A program made the position numbers and the translations under genes. From positions 1 through 27,545 of the IMG/VR virus record IMGVR_UViG_3300005611_000165: a stretch of 27,545 nt of DNA. The stretch is one strand, 5' to 3'. Source of the DNA: a virus (Duplodnaviria > Caudoviricetes). Each line of letters starts with the position of its first letter. Position 1 is the stretch's first letter. The notes beneath the pieces are model-generated. The model made no database searches, was not told where the DNA came from, and worked only from the letters and a program-made list of their open reading frames with translations. Positions 15,593 to 25,241 of this stretch are shown in pieces.

Positions 15593-17361
15593 TGGCTGAA
15601 AAACTCCCACGTTACCGACCTCTCGGTGTAAGCATTGCGTCCGTGCCTGCAATTGATTTTGCTGGTGCAAAGATGGAGGCGCGAGGTTACGCGCAGACGC
15701 AAGCGGCGCTTGATAAGATTTCGTCTTTTGTTTTTGAAAAGGCTGGCGAATACAAAGTTGAAGAAGCACAGAAGTTTCGATACGACAACCCTGTTACTGC
15801 GGAGCAGTTGCAAGCAGCCATATCTAGTGGCAGAGACATAGATGAAATTATCGGCGACAACTACACCATATTTGGCCGCGCTTCACGGGCTACGGTTGCG
15901 GTGCAACTCAGGACAGAACTAGAGGCACAAGCCAGATCGCAGATGTCTGCAATTAGCGCTGCTCTTGACAGCGGCATGGACCTTGATGTTGACCAGCTAA
16001 GATCACAATTTGAAGGAATGATATCTGGCCACTCTGACCTCTTGGCAGAAGTTGATCCGTCTGAAGCGTATAAGTATTCTGCGGTCGTCAATACGTTGGC
16101 TGCGCCAATATATAAGAATGCCTTAGTTCAAGAGTACAAGAAAAAGCAAGATATCGCAGAATTTAATGTGCGGTCTCAATTCATAGAGCTGCCTAATGCT
16201 CTTGCTGGTATTTTTACTGCTGATGCGGGGGGGACAGTTCCAGACGCCAACGGGAAAGATATCTTAGAGTCAGAAGGCATAGCAAAATCGTTTGTTGTTT
16301 CTCTAGCTAATAGCGCCTTTAATGCCAGCAATCCAGATTTGGCAAATGAAATTATGAAGGAAGGCGACAAACTTATCGACGACGCCAAGGAAAATGCCTT
16401 GGTCAGATACGGCATAGATAACCCAGACAAAGACATTGCTATGGGGGATTTTGGGGACAAAACTGCTCTTTGGAATTCGGTTGACGAGAAACAGAAAGAA
16501 AGCGTTAAAGAGCGCATTAGAAAAGAGCGGGAAAAACGGCAAACAAAAAAAGGTGAAGAAGAGACAGCAAGCCAGAAATCCAACGCAGCGATTTTCAATC
16601 GTCACCTAGATATTATTGCTGGAGTGTCGCCATTGGAACGCGGCGTAGATATAGAAACGACCATACGCAATGCGTATGCTTTTGGCCGCGACGCCGGCTT
16701 AACAACAACCCAAATAGGATCCCAGATTAAGTCGGCACAAAAGCTAAAGCAAAACCCAAGCACAGTGGCCGGATTAGAATTTGAAGAGAGGGTAAAGGAC
16801 AACGATTTCCCCACCCCAGCAGCGCTGTATGCTGCCGCATCAGAAGCAGGCTTTACCAAAGATGACGTGGCGCGGTGGGGCTGGATTTCTAAACAGGGCG
16901 ATGCTTTAGACGTAGCCATTAAAACGGACAATGAAGAAGCAGAAACTTTGTTGAAAATTCAATTTAATATTCCCTCTCTGCAAGAGGTACTGCAAAAGGC
17001 GCCAGTAAGGGCACAAGCGTATCTCTCTCATCTTTACGCAGTAAATGATAAGCACGCAGAGCTAGTGCAAGCATGGAAAGACGGAGGTAGTTCTGGCCCT
17101 CGCCCCAAGAAACGCGACGTTGCCTTAGAACAAACAAGAGTGATTGCAGCATCAGAGCCAGCCACGCAAATAACTAACCTCCTCCTTACCCTAAACACCA
17201 GATATTCATTAGTTAACGACGTGTGGACGCAAAACAATTATAAAGACATTATTGTAGACAGCCTTAATATGACAAAGACTCAGAAAAAAGACATCAGGGA
17301 AGCTGTTAGGCAGATATCAGATGCTGAACAAAGGCTAAGGGCAATAAGGAGTGCACAATAA
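15592..17361 (+). CDS. Internal virion/ejection protein (gp15-like position)
   Basis: 589 aa, helical, N-terminal LPRY motif, TAATG-coupled on both sides. The call rests mainly on synteny. Confidence 0.55.
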   Translation: MAEKLPRYRPLGVSIASVPAIDFAGAKMEARGYAQTQAALDKISSFVFEKAGEYKVEEAQKFRYDNPVTAEQLQAAISSGRDIDEIIGDNYTIFGRASRATVAVQLRTELEAQARSQMSAISAALDSGMDLDVDQLRSQFEGMISGHSDLLAEVDPSEAYKYSAVVNTLAAPIYKNALVQEYKKKQDIAEFNVRSQFIELPNALAGIFTADAGGTVPDANGKDILESEGIAKSFVVSLANSAFNASNPDLANEIMKEGDKLIDDAKENALVRYGIDNPDKDIAMGDFGDKTALWNSVDEKQKESVKERIRKEREKRQTKKGEEETASQKSNAAIFNRHLDIIAGVSPLERGVDIETTIRNAYAFGRDAGLTTTQIGSQIKSAQKLKQNPSTVAGLEFEERVKDNDFPTPAALYAAASEAGFTKDDVARWGWISKQGDALDVAIKTDNEEAETLLKIQFNIPSLQEVLQKAPVRAQAYLSHLYAVNDKHAELVQAWKDGGSSGPRPKKRDVALEQTRVIAASEPATQITNLLLTLNTRYSLVNDVWTQNNYKDIIVDSLNMTKTQKKDIREAVRQISDAEQRLRAIRSAQ

Positions 17362-18560
17362 TGCCTGAGCCATTAGACAAGCTTCTTAACAAGGCGCTTG
17401 ACCAAAAATTTCAGTTAGAATTGCCGCCAATAGATGAGTCGAGTGATGCTTCTATGGACGCGCCTGCGCCGCCAGAAGAACAGATCAGCGTGGATCAGCT
17501 TAAAGCAGACGAAAAGTTTCGTCAAAGTGCGGACCTTTTGCATATTCTATATGAGGGCGAGAAGTTTGATGGGTCAGAAGATGCCTTGGCAGAGTATGGC
17601 ATGGATATTATGGCTGAGTTTAACATAAACTTTGCTGGCCCCGGCGGCGTGTTTGAGTCTAATCCTGGCATGATATCTCAGGCGGCACAGCTTGTTGCTT
17701 CTGGTTCAAAAGAGCACGCTCAAGCATTTTTGTATATGAATAAAAGATACGCGCAGTTACCAAATTTTACGCCATCTGTCATGGGAAGAACCTTTATGGC
17801 GATGTTGCGTGATCCAACCATGTTAACTGGTTTAGGCACGTTGGGAGCTGGCCTTGTTGCTAGAAAATTAGGCCAAGAGGGTGTGCAATATGGCATTAAG
17901 AAAGCGTTAACGGCCATGACAAGAATCCCTATGAATGCTCCTGTAAGGACTGGCGGCGCTATGGTTGGAACTATGACAGGCGGTGCCAATATAGCGCAGC
18001 AAGACATTGAGCGCGCGGCTGAAGTGCCTGCCAGAATGGAGCAGGGGTTGGGGGAGAGCCTTACAGAGACAGCCATTAATACTGCTATCGGAGACGTTGC
18101 CGGGATGGCGATGATTAAGGGTATAGAAAAAGCAGCCCCAGTTGTTGTGGAAGGCGCAAAGAATTTATACAAGGGGGTCATGGGAAAAGACGGCGCGGAT
18201 GAGAAAGCGGTTATCAATGAAGCTGTTGAGATTTTAGCGCCTGAACAACAAACGCCCGCACAACAACCTCCTGCACAACAAGGGACCCCTATAGGGCCAC
18301 GTGGCCCAGCAGTTAAATTGACCCCAGCAGAAAACAAATTTTTTGCTTCATTCATGGAGAACGAGGCAAACCGCGAAGAATTAATGGAAGCGGTTCCTAG
18401 CCTAAGAATAGACAATGGAACTATCTCTGTTGACCAAAAAGGTGTAGACGAATTGTTTCGGTGGATAGACGAAACGGTCGTGCTAGATGGCGCCGGCACA
18501 GTCCCTCCACGGCTAAAGAAAGCAAAATTTTACAATATGCTTGATGGGGGAAGCAATTAA
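17361..18560 (+). CDS. Putative internal virion/ejection protein with Gly-rich hydrophobic segments
   Basis: DPTMLTGLGTLGAGLVAR and GGAMVGTMTGGA segments; synteny. Confidence 0.5.
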   Translation: MPEPLDKLLNKALDQKFQLELPPIDESSDASMDAPAPPEEQISVDQLKADEKFRQSADLLHILYEGEKFDGSEDALAEYGMDIMAEFNINFAGPGGVFESNPGMISQAAQLVASGSKEHAQAFLYMNKRYAQLPNFTPSVMGRTFMAMLRDPTMLTGLGTLGAGLVARKLGQEGVQYGIKKALTAMTRIPMNAPVRTGGAMVGTMTGGANIAQQDIERAAEVPARMEQGLGESLTETAINTAIGDVAGMAMIKGIEKAAPVVVEGAKNLYKGVMGKDGADEKAVINEAVEILAPEQQTPAQQPPAQQGTPIGPRGPAVKLTPAENKFFASFMENEANREELMEAVPSLRIDNGTISVDQKGVDELFRWIDETVVLDGAGTVPPRLKKAKFYNMLDGGSN

Positions 18561-21500
18561 TGGCTCGTAATTATGAAAACATCGACAAAGCAATGGATGA
18601 AATGCTTACTCCTACGGCTGAAGTCCCAGCAAGTGAGCTAGGCATTGAAGAAGCGCCTGTTGAAGAAGGTGTAGAGGTCGCAGGACTTTTGGACCCTATT
18701 GCTAGGGGTGTTGCCAAGGCAGTCACAGGTCTTGGAAAGGCAATTCCTGCGCCAGAAGTGCTAAAAACTACCAAGGGCCAGCGCGCAGTGGATGTTAAGG
18801 TTCAAAAGAAAGAAACAGCTCTTGAGCCAACTCCAGAGTTAGACGCTCCAGAATCTGATGTCACGGCAACGCCTATGGTTTTCCCAGAACCTGAGCCAAA
18901 AGTTGTGCCACCCGCATTGATGGATGAAGCTGAAGCGGTAGCGTTTGCAGCGGAGCAAGAAGCAGCGATAGGCGCTCCACGTATGGCTCCAAGCCCAACG
19001 GCAAAGCAAAAGCGGCAAGGCGTAGAAATGGGACGCCTAAACAATGTGTATGACAACGAAGATTTAGCTGCCACACTTAAAGTGTTGGCCGATAAACACG
19101 TTAAAGATTTTACCCCAACAACTGTGGCGGAGTTGTCAGCTAAGGCTGCGGCGAGAGGTATCCCCGCCGCACACATGAAAAACATTTTCTCAGGTCAAGG
19201 CATTCAGGTTGGAAAAATTGGGAATCAAGAACTTGCCACCCGTTTTGCGGGGCTGCTTGATTTGCACGATGCCAGTTTAGAGCTTGTAACTGACTTTGCC
19301 AAACAGCAAAGAGATGGCTTGTTAAGCACAGAGGGTAAGGCTTCGTTTCGAGAGGCGTTGTCTCGTCACGTTGTCATCGTTCAAGAGTTCGCGACGGGCC
19401 GCACTGACGTGGCGCAAACAATGAACGTATTTAAGCGCACGCAGGCAATAAAAGAGGCGGGGAAAGAAAACGATCTTATTGCCATCCTTAATGATCTTGG
19501 CGGTGACGATGAATTAAGGGCTATGGCAGAAATTCTCGCAGACGCCAACACTACTGTCAAAGCCAAAAACAAAGCAATAGAAGCTGGCGTATATAAAAAA
19601 CTCAAAGAGTCTGGCATATACATTTTGCAAGGTTCTGCTTTGAGCAATGTTACTGAGACGCCGCTCTACAATGCTGCTGCTGGCGCACTGTTAATTACTA
19701 AGGAAAGTTTTATTGATCTTCCCTTATTAACGGCATATTCGGGTGTACGCACAGGATTAAAAAAAATCATTCCATCAAGTCTTCGCAGAGACGCAACAGA
19801 GTATGTGCCAGAAGATCAGCCTGAATTGCGTGATTTGGCGGCTAGGTTTACTGCTTTGTACGAAGGCACGATTGACGGAATGATTCTGGCAACTAAGGCT
19901 TTAGGCCAAGACACAGGGTATAAGAATGAAATTAATCGAAATCCTTTGCGGTCTACTTATTGGGCAAACACGCCTGTTCGCTTGTTGGGGAAAGAAATAG
20001 GTAGGATACCTAAGTTTCTTCCAAATACTTTGCCCGGTGCAGCAATAGATACATTGGGTGATATCTATGGCGGCGTTATGAAGACGGTTGCTGCCACTGA
20101 TGCCTTTGTCGGGGGGATTGCTCAACGCATAAAAATGACTGAATTATTAATGCTTGAAGCAGATGACGTTATAAAAGCAAAAATAGCTGCTGGCGAAACG
20201 CATGAGCAGGCAATGTTGGCGGCACAAGCTCACGTCAGCCACGGGCTGGAGTTTCGAACACCAGATAATGTTGTTGCGGCAGATGAATATAGAAAGTCTA
20301 TAACGCTCCAATATGATTGGGACCGCACACTACAAAAAGGCACCTACGGTGGGGCTGTAAGAAGCGCATGGTCTATTACGGAAAGACTTCTTGATTTCCC
20401 GTTGTTTAAATTTAATTTTTTGTTTACTAGGACGCCGCTGCGTATTGTTGACATGGCTTTGTCAGAGACGCCTATGGCTCCAGTTATGAGCCATAAGTTT
20501 TATTCAGATATTAAAAAAGGCGGTAGACAAGGACAGCTTGCATTCGCGAAAATAGCTGGCGGCGCGAGTCTTGGTGGTCTAGCATATTACCTCTACAACC
20601 AAGGCGCTTTAGTCGGGCCAGGACCGGCTGATCCAAAGCAAGCTGCGGCGTGGAGAGCGCAGGGCAACCAGCCTTTTACTGTAAGGATCAAAGAAAGCAA
20701 ACTTAAAGAAGAGCACGTTGCTAGGCTGAAAGCTGCCTTTGGAGAAGAGCATATCTTTTACAAAGCGGCTGATAAGTTTAGCGAAGAGGGGTCGTATATG
20801 ATTAAGCTGGGCAGGCTTGAGCCTAACTTTGCAACCATGTTCTCTGCACTTAGTTACTTTGATTATCAAAGGTTTAAGAAAGATCATAGTGATCCGAATG
20901 AAGACAACTCCATACTAGATGGCCTAGTATTTGGATTTGCGAGCTTGTTTGAGGCGACGCCAGTGCTCGAAAAGTTTGGGCAACTGCTTCAGGCTACCCG
21001 ACCTACATCAGACGGGGAAACGACGACTAAGGCATTAGAATTTATGGCCAAAACATACGGGCCGGCTGCTTATAACATAGCCACTTTTGGCTTTGGAAAC
21101 CCAGCTATTGCAAGAATGTGGGAGCGAAAGCTCGACCCGTTAAGCAGCAATATTGACATGACGCGTGAGCAAGAGAAATATTTAGAAGACCAGTTCGGTC
21201 TTGACCCAAACAATGCCTTATGGAGAGAGACTGCGAAGCAAATTAATCAATCTCGAAATCTGTATTTAGGTGAGCAAAAGGGGCTAGTTTATAAGTACGA
21301 CCAATACGGACAGACGGTAGGCGACACTAAGATTGAGGATTATATTACCATTCCTGCAAGGCAGCGCGGCACGTACAATGAGCTTGCAGCAATGTTCATG
21401 TTCTACCAGCACGGCATCTCTAGCCGCAACCTTTATAGCGTTAATGGCATTAAAATGTCATCGAATGAACAAGCTAGATATGTAGAGCTTTACACTAGAG

Positions 21501-21820
21501 AAATTAGCATAGCCAAAGAAAACGGCAGGCGTTTGTCTCTTAATGAAGCAGTCGCTGAAGTTATCGCTGATGAGACGGACAGAAGCAGAAAGCTGGGCCT
21601 GCCGTTAAATTCTAGCAGGATGCGGAGCAGAATGAGTCAAGAAGTTGCTAAGTACCAGAAGGTAGCGCGAGAGAGGATGTACGGGAAGACGAGTAAAACC
21701 ATTGGAGATGTCAGTATATATAGTGCCGTGCCTCTTAATGCTAGGCAATATGGATTAATTGGGGATAGCGTAATTGAATTTCCTGATAAGGCGTTGCGGA
21801 TAAATAGTGAATCACGATGA
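18560..21820 (+). CDS. Large internal virion/ejection protein (gp16-like position)
   Basis: 1086 aa. F.RTP..I, G.L.G.GP.DP...AAW..QG.QP and RLEP patterns are seen in large podovirus internal proteins. Precedes the tail fibre. Confidence 0.65.
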   Translation: MARNYENIDKAMDEMLTPTAEVPASELGIEEAPVEEGVEVAGLLDPIARGVAKAVTGLGKAIPAPEVLKTTKGQRAVDVKVQKKETALEPTPELDAPESDVTATPMVFPEPEPKVVPPALMDEAEAVAFAAEQEAAIGAPRMAPSPTAKQKRQGVEMGRLNNVYDNEDLAATLKVLADKHVKDFTPTTVAELSAKAAARGIPAAHMKNIFSGQGIQVGKIGNQELATRFAGLLDLHDASLELVTDFAKQQRDGLLSTEGKASFREALSRHVVIVQEFATGRTDVAQTMNVFKRTQAIKEAGKENDLIAILNDLGGDDELRAMAEILADANTTVKAKNKAIEAGVYKKLKESGIYILQGSALSNVTETPLYNAAAGALLITKESFIDLPLLTAYSGVRTGLKKIIPSSLRRDATEYVPEDQPELRDLAARFTALYEGTIDGMILATKALGQDTGYKNEINRNPLRSTYWANTPVRLLGKEIGRIPKFLPNTLPGAAIDTLGDIYGGVMKTVAATDAFVGGIAQRIKMTELLMLEADDVIKAKIAAGETHEQAMLAAQAHVSHGLEFRTPDNVVAADEYRKSITLQYDWDRTLQKGTYGGAVRSAWSITERLLDFPLFKFNFLFTRTPLRIVDMALSETPMAPVMSHKFYSDIKKGGRQGQLAFAKIAGGASLGGLAYYLYNQGALVGPGPADPKQAAAWRAQGNQPFTVRIKESKLKEEHVARLKAAFGEEHIFYKAADKFSEEGSYMIKLGRLEPNFATMFSALSYFDYQRFKKDHSDPNEDNSILDGLVFGFASLFEATPVLEKFGQLLQATRPTSDGETTTKALEFMAKTYGPAAYNIATFGFGNPAIARMWERKLDPLSSNIDMTREQEKYLEDQFGLDPNNALWRETAKQINQSRNLYLGEQKGLVYKYDQYGQTVGDTKIEDYITIPARQRGTYNELAAMFMFYQHGISSRNLYSVNGIKMSSNEQARYVELYTREISIAKENGRRLSLNEAVAEVIADETDRSRKLGLPLNSSRMRSRMSQEVAKYQKVARERMYGKTSKTIGDVSIYSAVPLNARQYGLIGDSVIEFPDKALRINSESR

Positions 21821-21879
21821 CAATCATGGAACATTCCGGCGGAATAGTGTAGATTAAACCAAACGTAAGGCGATGAAAA

Positions 21880-24027
21880 ATGGCAGACTATAACATCAAT
21901 GCAGTGACGCGGCGCGTCGTATACAGCGGTTCGGCTGGCACTGGCCCGTATGCCTTCTCGTTTGAGGTGTTGGTATCCAGCGACATCGTGGTGTACTTTA
22001 ACTCTACGTCACTGACGCTAACCACGGACTACACCGTAGCGATCAATGCGAACGGCACTGGCAGTGTGACCATCGTCACAGGCACCAACGTGCCAACGAC
22101 GCCAGACGCAAACGATACTATCATCATTGTTGGCGCGCGTGACATTGAGCGCACCACGGACTTTGTGACGGCTGGTGATCTCCTGGCGGCATCGCTAAAC
22201 GAACAGCTTGATGGCCTGACCATTTTTGACCAGCAGATTGCTGAAGAACAGAAGCGGTCGCTGATGGCCCCTGTGTATGATCCAGCACACGCAGACGACG
22301 GCGGCACGTTAGACATGACGCTGCCTGCCAAGGCGGATCGCCTAGGCAAGTACCTTGCGTTCAACGCCACCACTGGCAACCCAGAGGCTGGGCCAAGCAC
22401 CACGGATGTAACAACCCTTGCGGCTGTGACATCAGACATTGCAACGCTTGCTGACATTGAGGACGGCACAGACGCCACTGACGCCATCCAAACTGTCGCT
22501 GGTATCTCTGCAAATGTCACAACAGTTGCTGGCATTTCTGCCAACGTAACAACGGTGGCAGGTAATACGTCTAACATCAACGCCGTAGCAGCAGACGCAA
22601 CGGATATCGGCACTGTCGCTGGCATCTCATCTGACGTGACTACGGTGGCCGGGATCTCATCTGATGTAACAACGGTCGCTGCTGATGGCACTGACATTGG
22701 TACGGTGGCTGGCATCTCTGCAAACGTCACAACGGTTGCTGGCATCTCATCTGACGTGACTACGGTGGCTGGGATTAGCGGCGACGTATCGTCTGTTGCG
22801 GCACAAGTGATCGGTTACGACTTCTCAACGACCACGGCAATGGCAGACCCCGGCAGCGGCAACGTCCGGTTTAATAACGCCACTGTGGCCAGTGTTACGG
22901 CGATTGCCATCGACGATTTAGATAAGAACGGCGTCGATCAGTCTGCTTACATTGCTCTGTTTGACGATAGCACCAACACAGTGAAAGGCACGCTGGTCTT
23001 CCGTACTGGTGGCGGTGATGTTGCTACCTTTAACATTACCGGCCTGACAGATAACACAGGTTGGTTCCAGATTGCTGTGACGCACGTAGCATCTAGCGGT
23101 ACGTTTGCAGATGGCGAAGATACTTTTATTGGCTTTACTCGTGCCGGTGACAAAGGTGCTGACGGTGCTGGGTCTGGTGATGTATCTGGCCCCGGTTCTG
23201 CAACCGATAATGCAGTTGTGCGATGGGACGGCACGTCCGGTCAGCTTGTGCAGAACAGCGGCGTCACGATCAACGACAGCGGTGATCTGACTGCAAATAA
23301 CTTGAGTGGCACAAACACTGGCGACCAAACGATTACGCTTACAGGCGATGTTACTGGGTCGGGCACTGGTAGCTTTGCCGCGACTATTGCAGACGACGCC
23401 GTAACCCTAGCCAAGATGGCATCTGGAACGGCTGGCAACCTTATCACGTATGATGCTTCTGGCGACCCTGCTGCCGTTGCTACTGGCACTGTCGGTCAGG
23501 TGCTTACGTCTGGCGGCGCTGGTGTTGCTCCGACGTTTGCGGATGCTGGTGGTGGTAAAATTCTTCAAGTCGTTCAAGACGAAATAACGGCGGCGGTTAC
23601 TATTTCAGGCGTTACTACATTTACTGATGTGACCGGATTAGCCGTGACAATTACACCATCATCAGCGTCAAGCACAGTTATTATTTCTGGTGTTCTGCGT
23701 ATTGGATACCAAGGAGGCACTGGTCCGTCTGTTAGATTGATGAGAGATAGCACAGTCATCCATTTGGGCGACGCTAGTGGCAGTGAGCAACGTGGGTTGT
23801 GGTCAAGTTCTCAACTTACGACAGCAGTTGCTGAAGGAGAAATAACCTCAATCCCTATTTATTTTGTTGATAGCCCCGCTACCACATCAGCGGTCACATA
23901 TAAGTTTCAACTTAGAAACGACAATGCTGGTCATACGTCTTATGTAAACCGCACTTATGCAACAGCACAGGCAACGCAACGCGCTCGGACTGCAAGTAAC
24001 TTAGTTGCAATGGAGATTTCAGCATGA
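21880..24027 (+). CDS. Tail fibre protein
   Basis: T7-type N-terminal adaptor (YSG..G..PYAFSFEV....DI.VY...LTTDYTV...RTTDF...LNEQLD), decad repeats, Gly/Thr-rich shaft modules and a GKILQVVQ tip domain. Confidence 0.88.
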   Translation: MADYNINAVTRRVVYSGSAGTGPYAFSFEVLVSSDIVVYFNSTSLTLTTDYTVAINANGTGSVTIVTGTNVPTTPDANDTIIIVGARDIERTTDFVTAGDLLAASLNEQLDGLTIFDQQIAEEQKRSLMAPVYDPAHADDGGTLDMTLPAKADRLGKYLAFNATTGNPEAGPSTTDVTTLAAVTSDIATLADIEDGTDATDAIQTVAGISANVTTVAGISANVTTVAGNTSNINAVAADATDIGTVAGISSDVTTVAGISSDVTTVAADGTDIGTVAGISANVTTVAGISSDVTTVAGISGDVSSVAAQVIGYDFSTTTAMADPGSGNVRFNNATVASVTAIAIDDLDKNGVDQSAYIALFDDSTNTVKGTLVFRTGGGDVATFNITGLTDNTGWFQIAVTHVASSGTFADGEDTFIGFTRAGDKGADGAGSGDVSGPGSATDNAVVRWDGTSGQLVQNSGVTINDSGDLTANNLSGTNTGDQTITLTGDVTGSGTGSFAATIADDAVTLAKMASGTAGNLITYDASGDPAAVATGTVGQVLTSGGAGVAPTFADAGGGKILQVVQDEITAAVTISGVTTFTDVTGLAVTITPSSASSTVIISGVLRIGYQGGTGPSVRLMRDSTVIHLGDASGSEQRGLWSSSQLTTAVAEGEITSIPIYFVDSPATTSAVTYKFQLRNDNAGHTSYVNRTYATAQATQRARTASNLVAMEISA
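22486..22803 (+). repeat. About 11 degenerate 30-nt (10-aa) tandem repeats inside the tail fibre
   Basis: Units of the form VTTVAGIS(A/S)(N/D). A 32-nt exact copy occurs at 22618-22649 and 22738-22769. Confidence 0.9.
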
Positions 24028-24314
24028 TCGATTTAGCAATCAAGCGCCTCGTCCCTGATATCGCCTTCACAATGGTCGATCAGGACTACGATAGCATCGT
24101 GGTTTACTCAGGCCACACCTTGCCAACTCAGGCAGAGATAGATGCGATCATGCCAGCGGTTGTTGCTACTGAAACCGCAAGGTCTGAAATCGCCCGTCTC
24201 GAGTCCTTTATCTCAGAGCGCCGCAAACGCGAAGCCCTGCTTGGCAACGCAGAAGCCATTGCGTTTATTCAAGCCGTGGAAGACGACATTGCCATTGAGC
24301 GAGCAAAGCTATGA
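24024..24314 (+). CDS. Putative tail fibre assembly/chaperone protein (XkdW-like N-terminus)
   Basis: AIK.LVP...F.....Y..I......PTQAEIDA pattern. ATGA overlap with the fibre gene. Confidence 0.5.
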   Translation: MIDLAIKRLVPDIAFTMVDQDYDSIVVYSGHTLPTQAEIDAIMPAVVATETARSEIARLESFISERRKREALLGNAEAIAFIQAVEDDIAIERAKL

Positions 24315-24345
24315 CCCGGGTATCCTCTGGTAAGCCTGACTAATC

Positions 24346-24684
24346 ATGGAATTAGGCGCCCGCGAACTCGTTCAATTTATTAGCCTCGTTGCAACACTCG
24401 CCGGGGCTTTTGCTGTTGTGAAATCGCAGCTTGCGCGGGTGATCGAAGACCTCAAAGCTATTCAAGAAGAAATGCACACGATGAATGACAGGCTTGACGC
24501 AATCGAAAGCGGGTCGGCTGTTTTCAAGCATCAAGTCAACGTTCTAGGCAACATACTATCACCAGCCAACCTCGACAAACAGTCACGCGAAATTGCAGAA
24601 GTTAAGAAAGAATTAACGTATCTCCGCGAGGCTTCTGAGCGGATGTACAAAATGCACAATGGAAAACATGGTCCGGTGTCATGA
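24346..24684 (+). CDS. Single-TM coiled-coil membrane protein
   Basis: N-terminal hydrophobic helix (LVQFISLVATLAGAFAVV) followed by heptad-like sequence. Confidence 0.6.
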   Translation: MELGARELVQFISLVATLAGAFAVVKSQLARVIEDLKAIQEEMHTMNDRLDAIESGSAVFKHQVNVLGNILSPANLDKQSREIAEVKKELTYLREASERMYKMHNGKHGPVS

Positions 24685-24851
24685 AAGAAAAGATCGCAGC
24701 CGATATTGCCGTCATCGTGCCAGCGGTCAGTGTCACATGGTTTGATATGTTCGACGGCGGACTAAAGCTGGCTGTGGGTATCATTACGTTGGCGGCTGTG
24801 CTAATAAGATTGCGGATAGTTTGGGCTGAATGGAAATCCAAACAAGAATGA
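24681..24851 (+). CDS. Small holin-like membrane protein (56 aa, not in the ORF track)
   Basis: MKEKIAADIAVIVPAVSVTWFDMFDGGLKLAVGIITLAAVLIRLRIVWAEWKSKQE: two hydrophobic segments, charged C-terminus, ATGA overlaps at both ends. Confidence 0.65.
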   Translation: MKEKIAADIAVIVPAVSVTWFDMFDGGLKLAVGIITLAAVLIRLRIVWAEWKSKQE

Positions 24852-25228
24852 AGTACGCGATTGCCATTATTCTTTTTGTGTTCGGCTTGCTGATGTGCAG
24901 CGCCGCAAACGCTATGTGCAAAAATGGTCCATTCGCAGATTATCAAGTGTGGCGGCAAGACACTTTAAACCGAAACCAAACCATCCGTCTTTTCGAGCGG
25001 GTGCTGGAAAACGAAGATGCGCAGGCTTTTGTCTCCGCCTACAATTACACGCCGCCAAAGTCTAATAAAGCAGCAGAGAAGATTGCTGTATGGTACACGC
25101 CGGGTTCACCGTGGATGCTGGTAGTTTGGATTGCCGCTAATTGCATTGACGGCACGGAGAAAATTCCAGTGCCTGTGATGAATTCACTGTTGCGCGGCGT
25201 ACCGCACGTTCCGCTAAAGGAAACTTAG
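24848..25228 (+). CDS. Secreted/periplasmic hypothetical protein
   Basis: MKYAIAIILFVFGLLMCSAANA looks like a Sec signal peptide with an A-N-A cleavage site. ATG 24848 is coupled to the upstream stop. Confidence 0.6.
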   Translation: MKYAIAIILFVFGLLMCSAANAMCKNGPFADYQVWRQDTLNRNQTIRLFERVLENEDAQAFVSAYNYTPPKSNKAAEKIAVWYTPGSPWMLVVWIAANCIDGTEKIPVPVMNSLLRGVPHVPLKET

Positions 25229-25241
25229 GAGAAAACTGGGC

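Noticed and set aside
17720-18499. 259-aa - strand ORF
   Set aside because: Lies wholly antisense to a coupled + strand gene and has no motif; consistent with a shadow ORF.
22029-22745. 238-aa - strand repetitive ORF
   Set aside because: Mirror of the tail-fibre repeat; the repeat codons rarely produce antisense stops.
22486-22803. Possible CRISPR array or DGR template/variable repeat
   Set aside because: The repeats are in-frame, degenerate at third codon positions and lack spacers. There is no adenine-specific mismatch pattern and no reverse transcriptase or cas gene in the window.
24848-24920. Lipoprotein (o-spanin) signal
   Set aside because: Neither LLMC nor ANAMC fits the L-[AS]-[GA]-C lipobox; an SPase I site is more likely.
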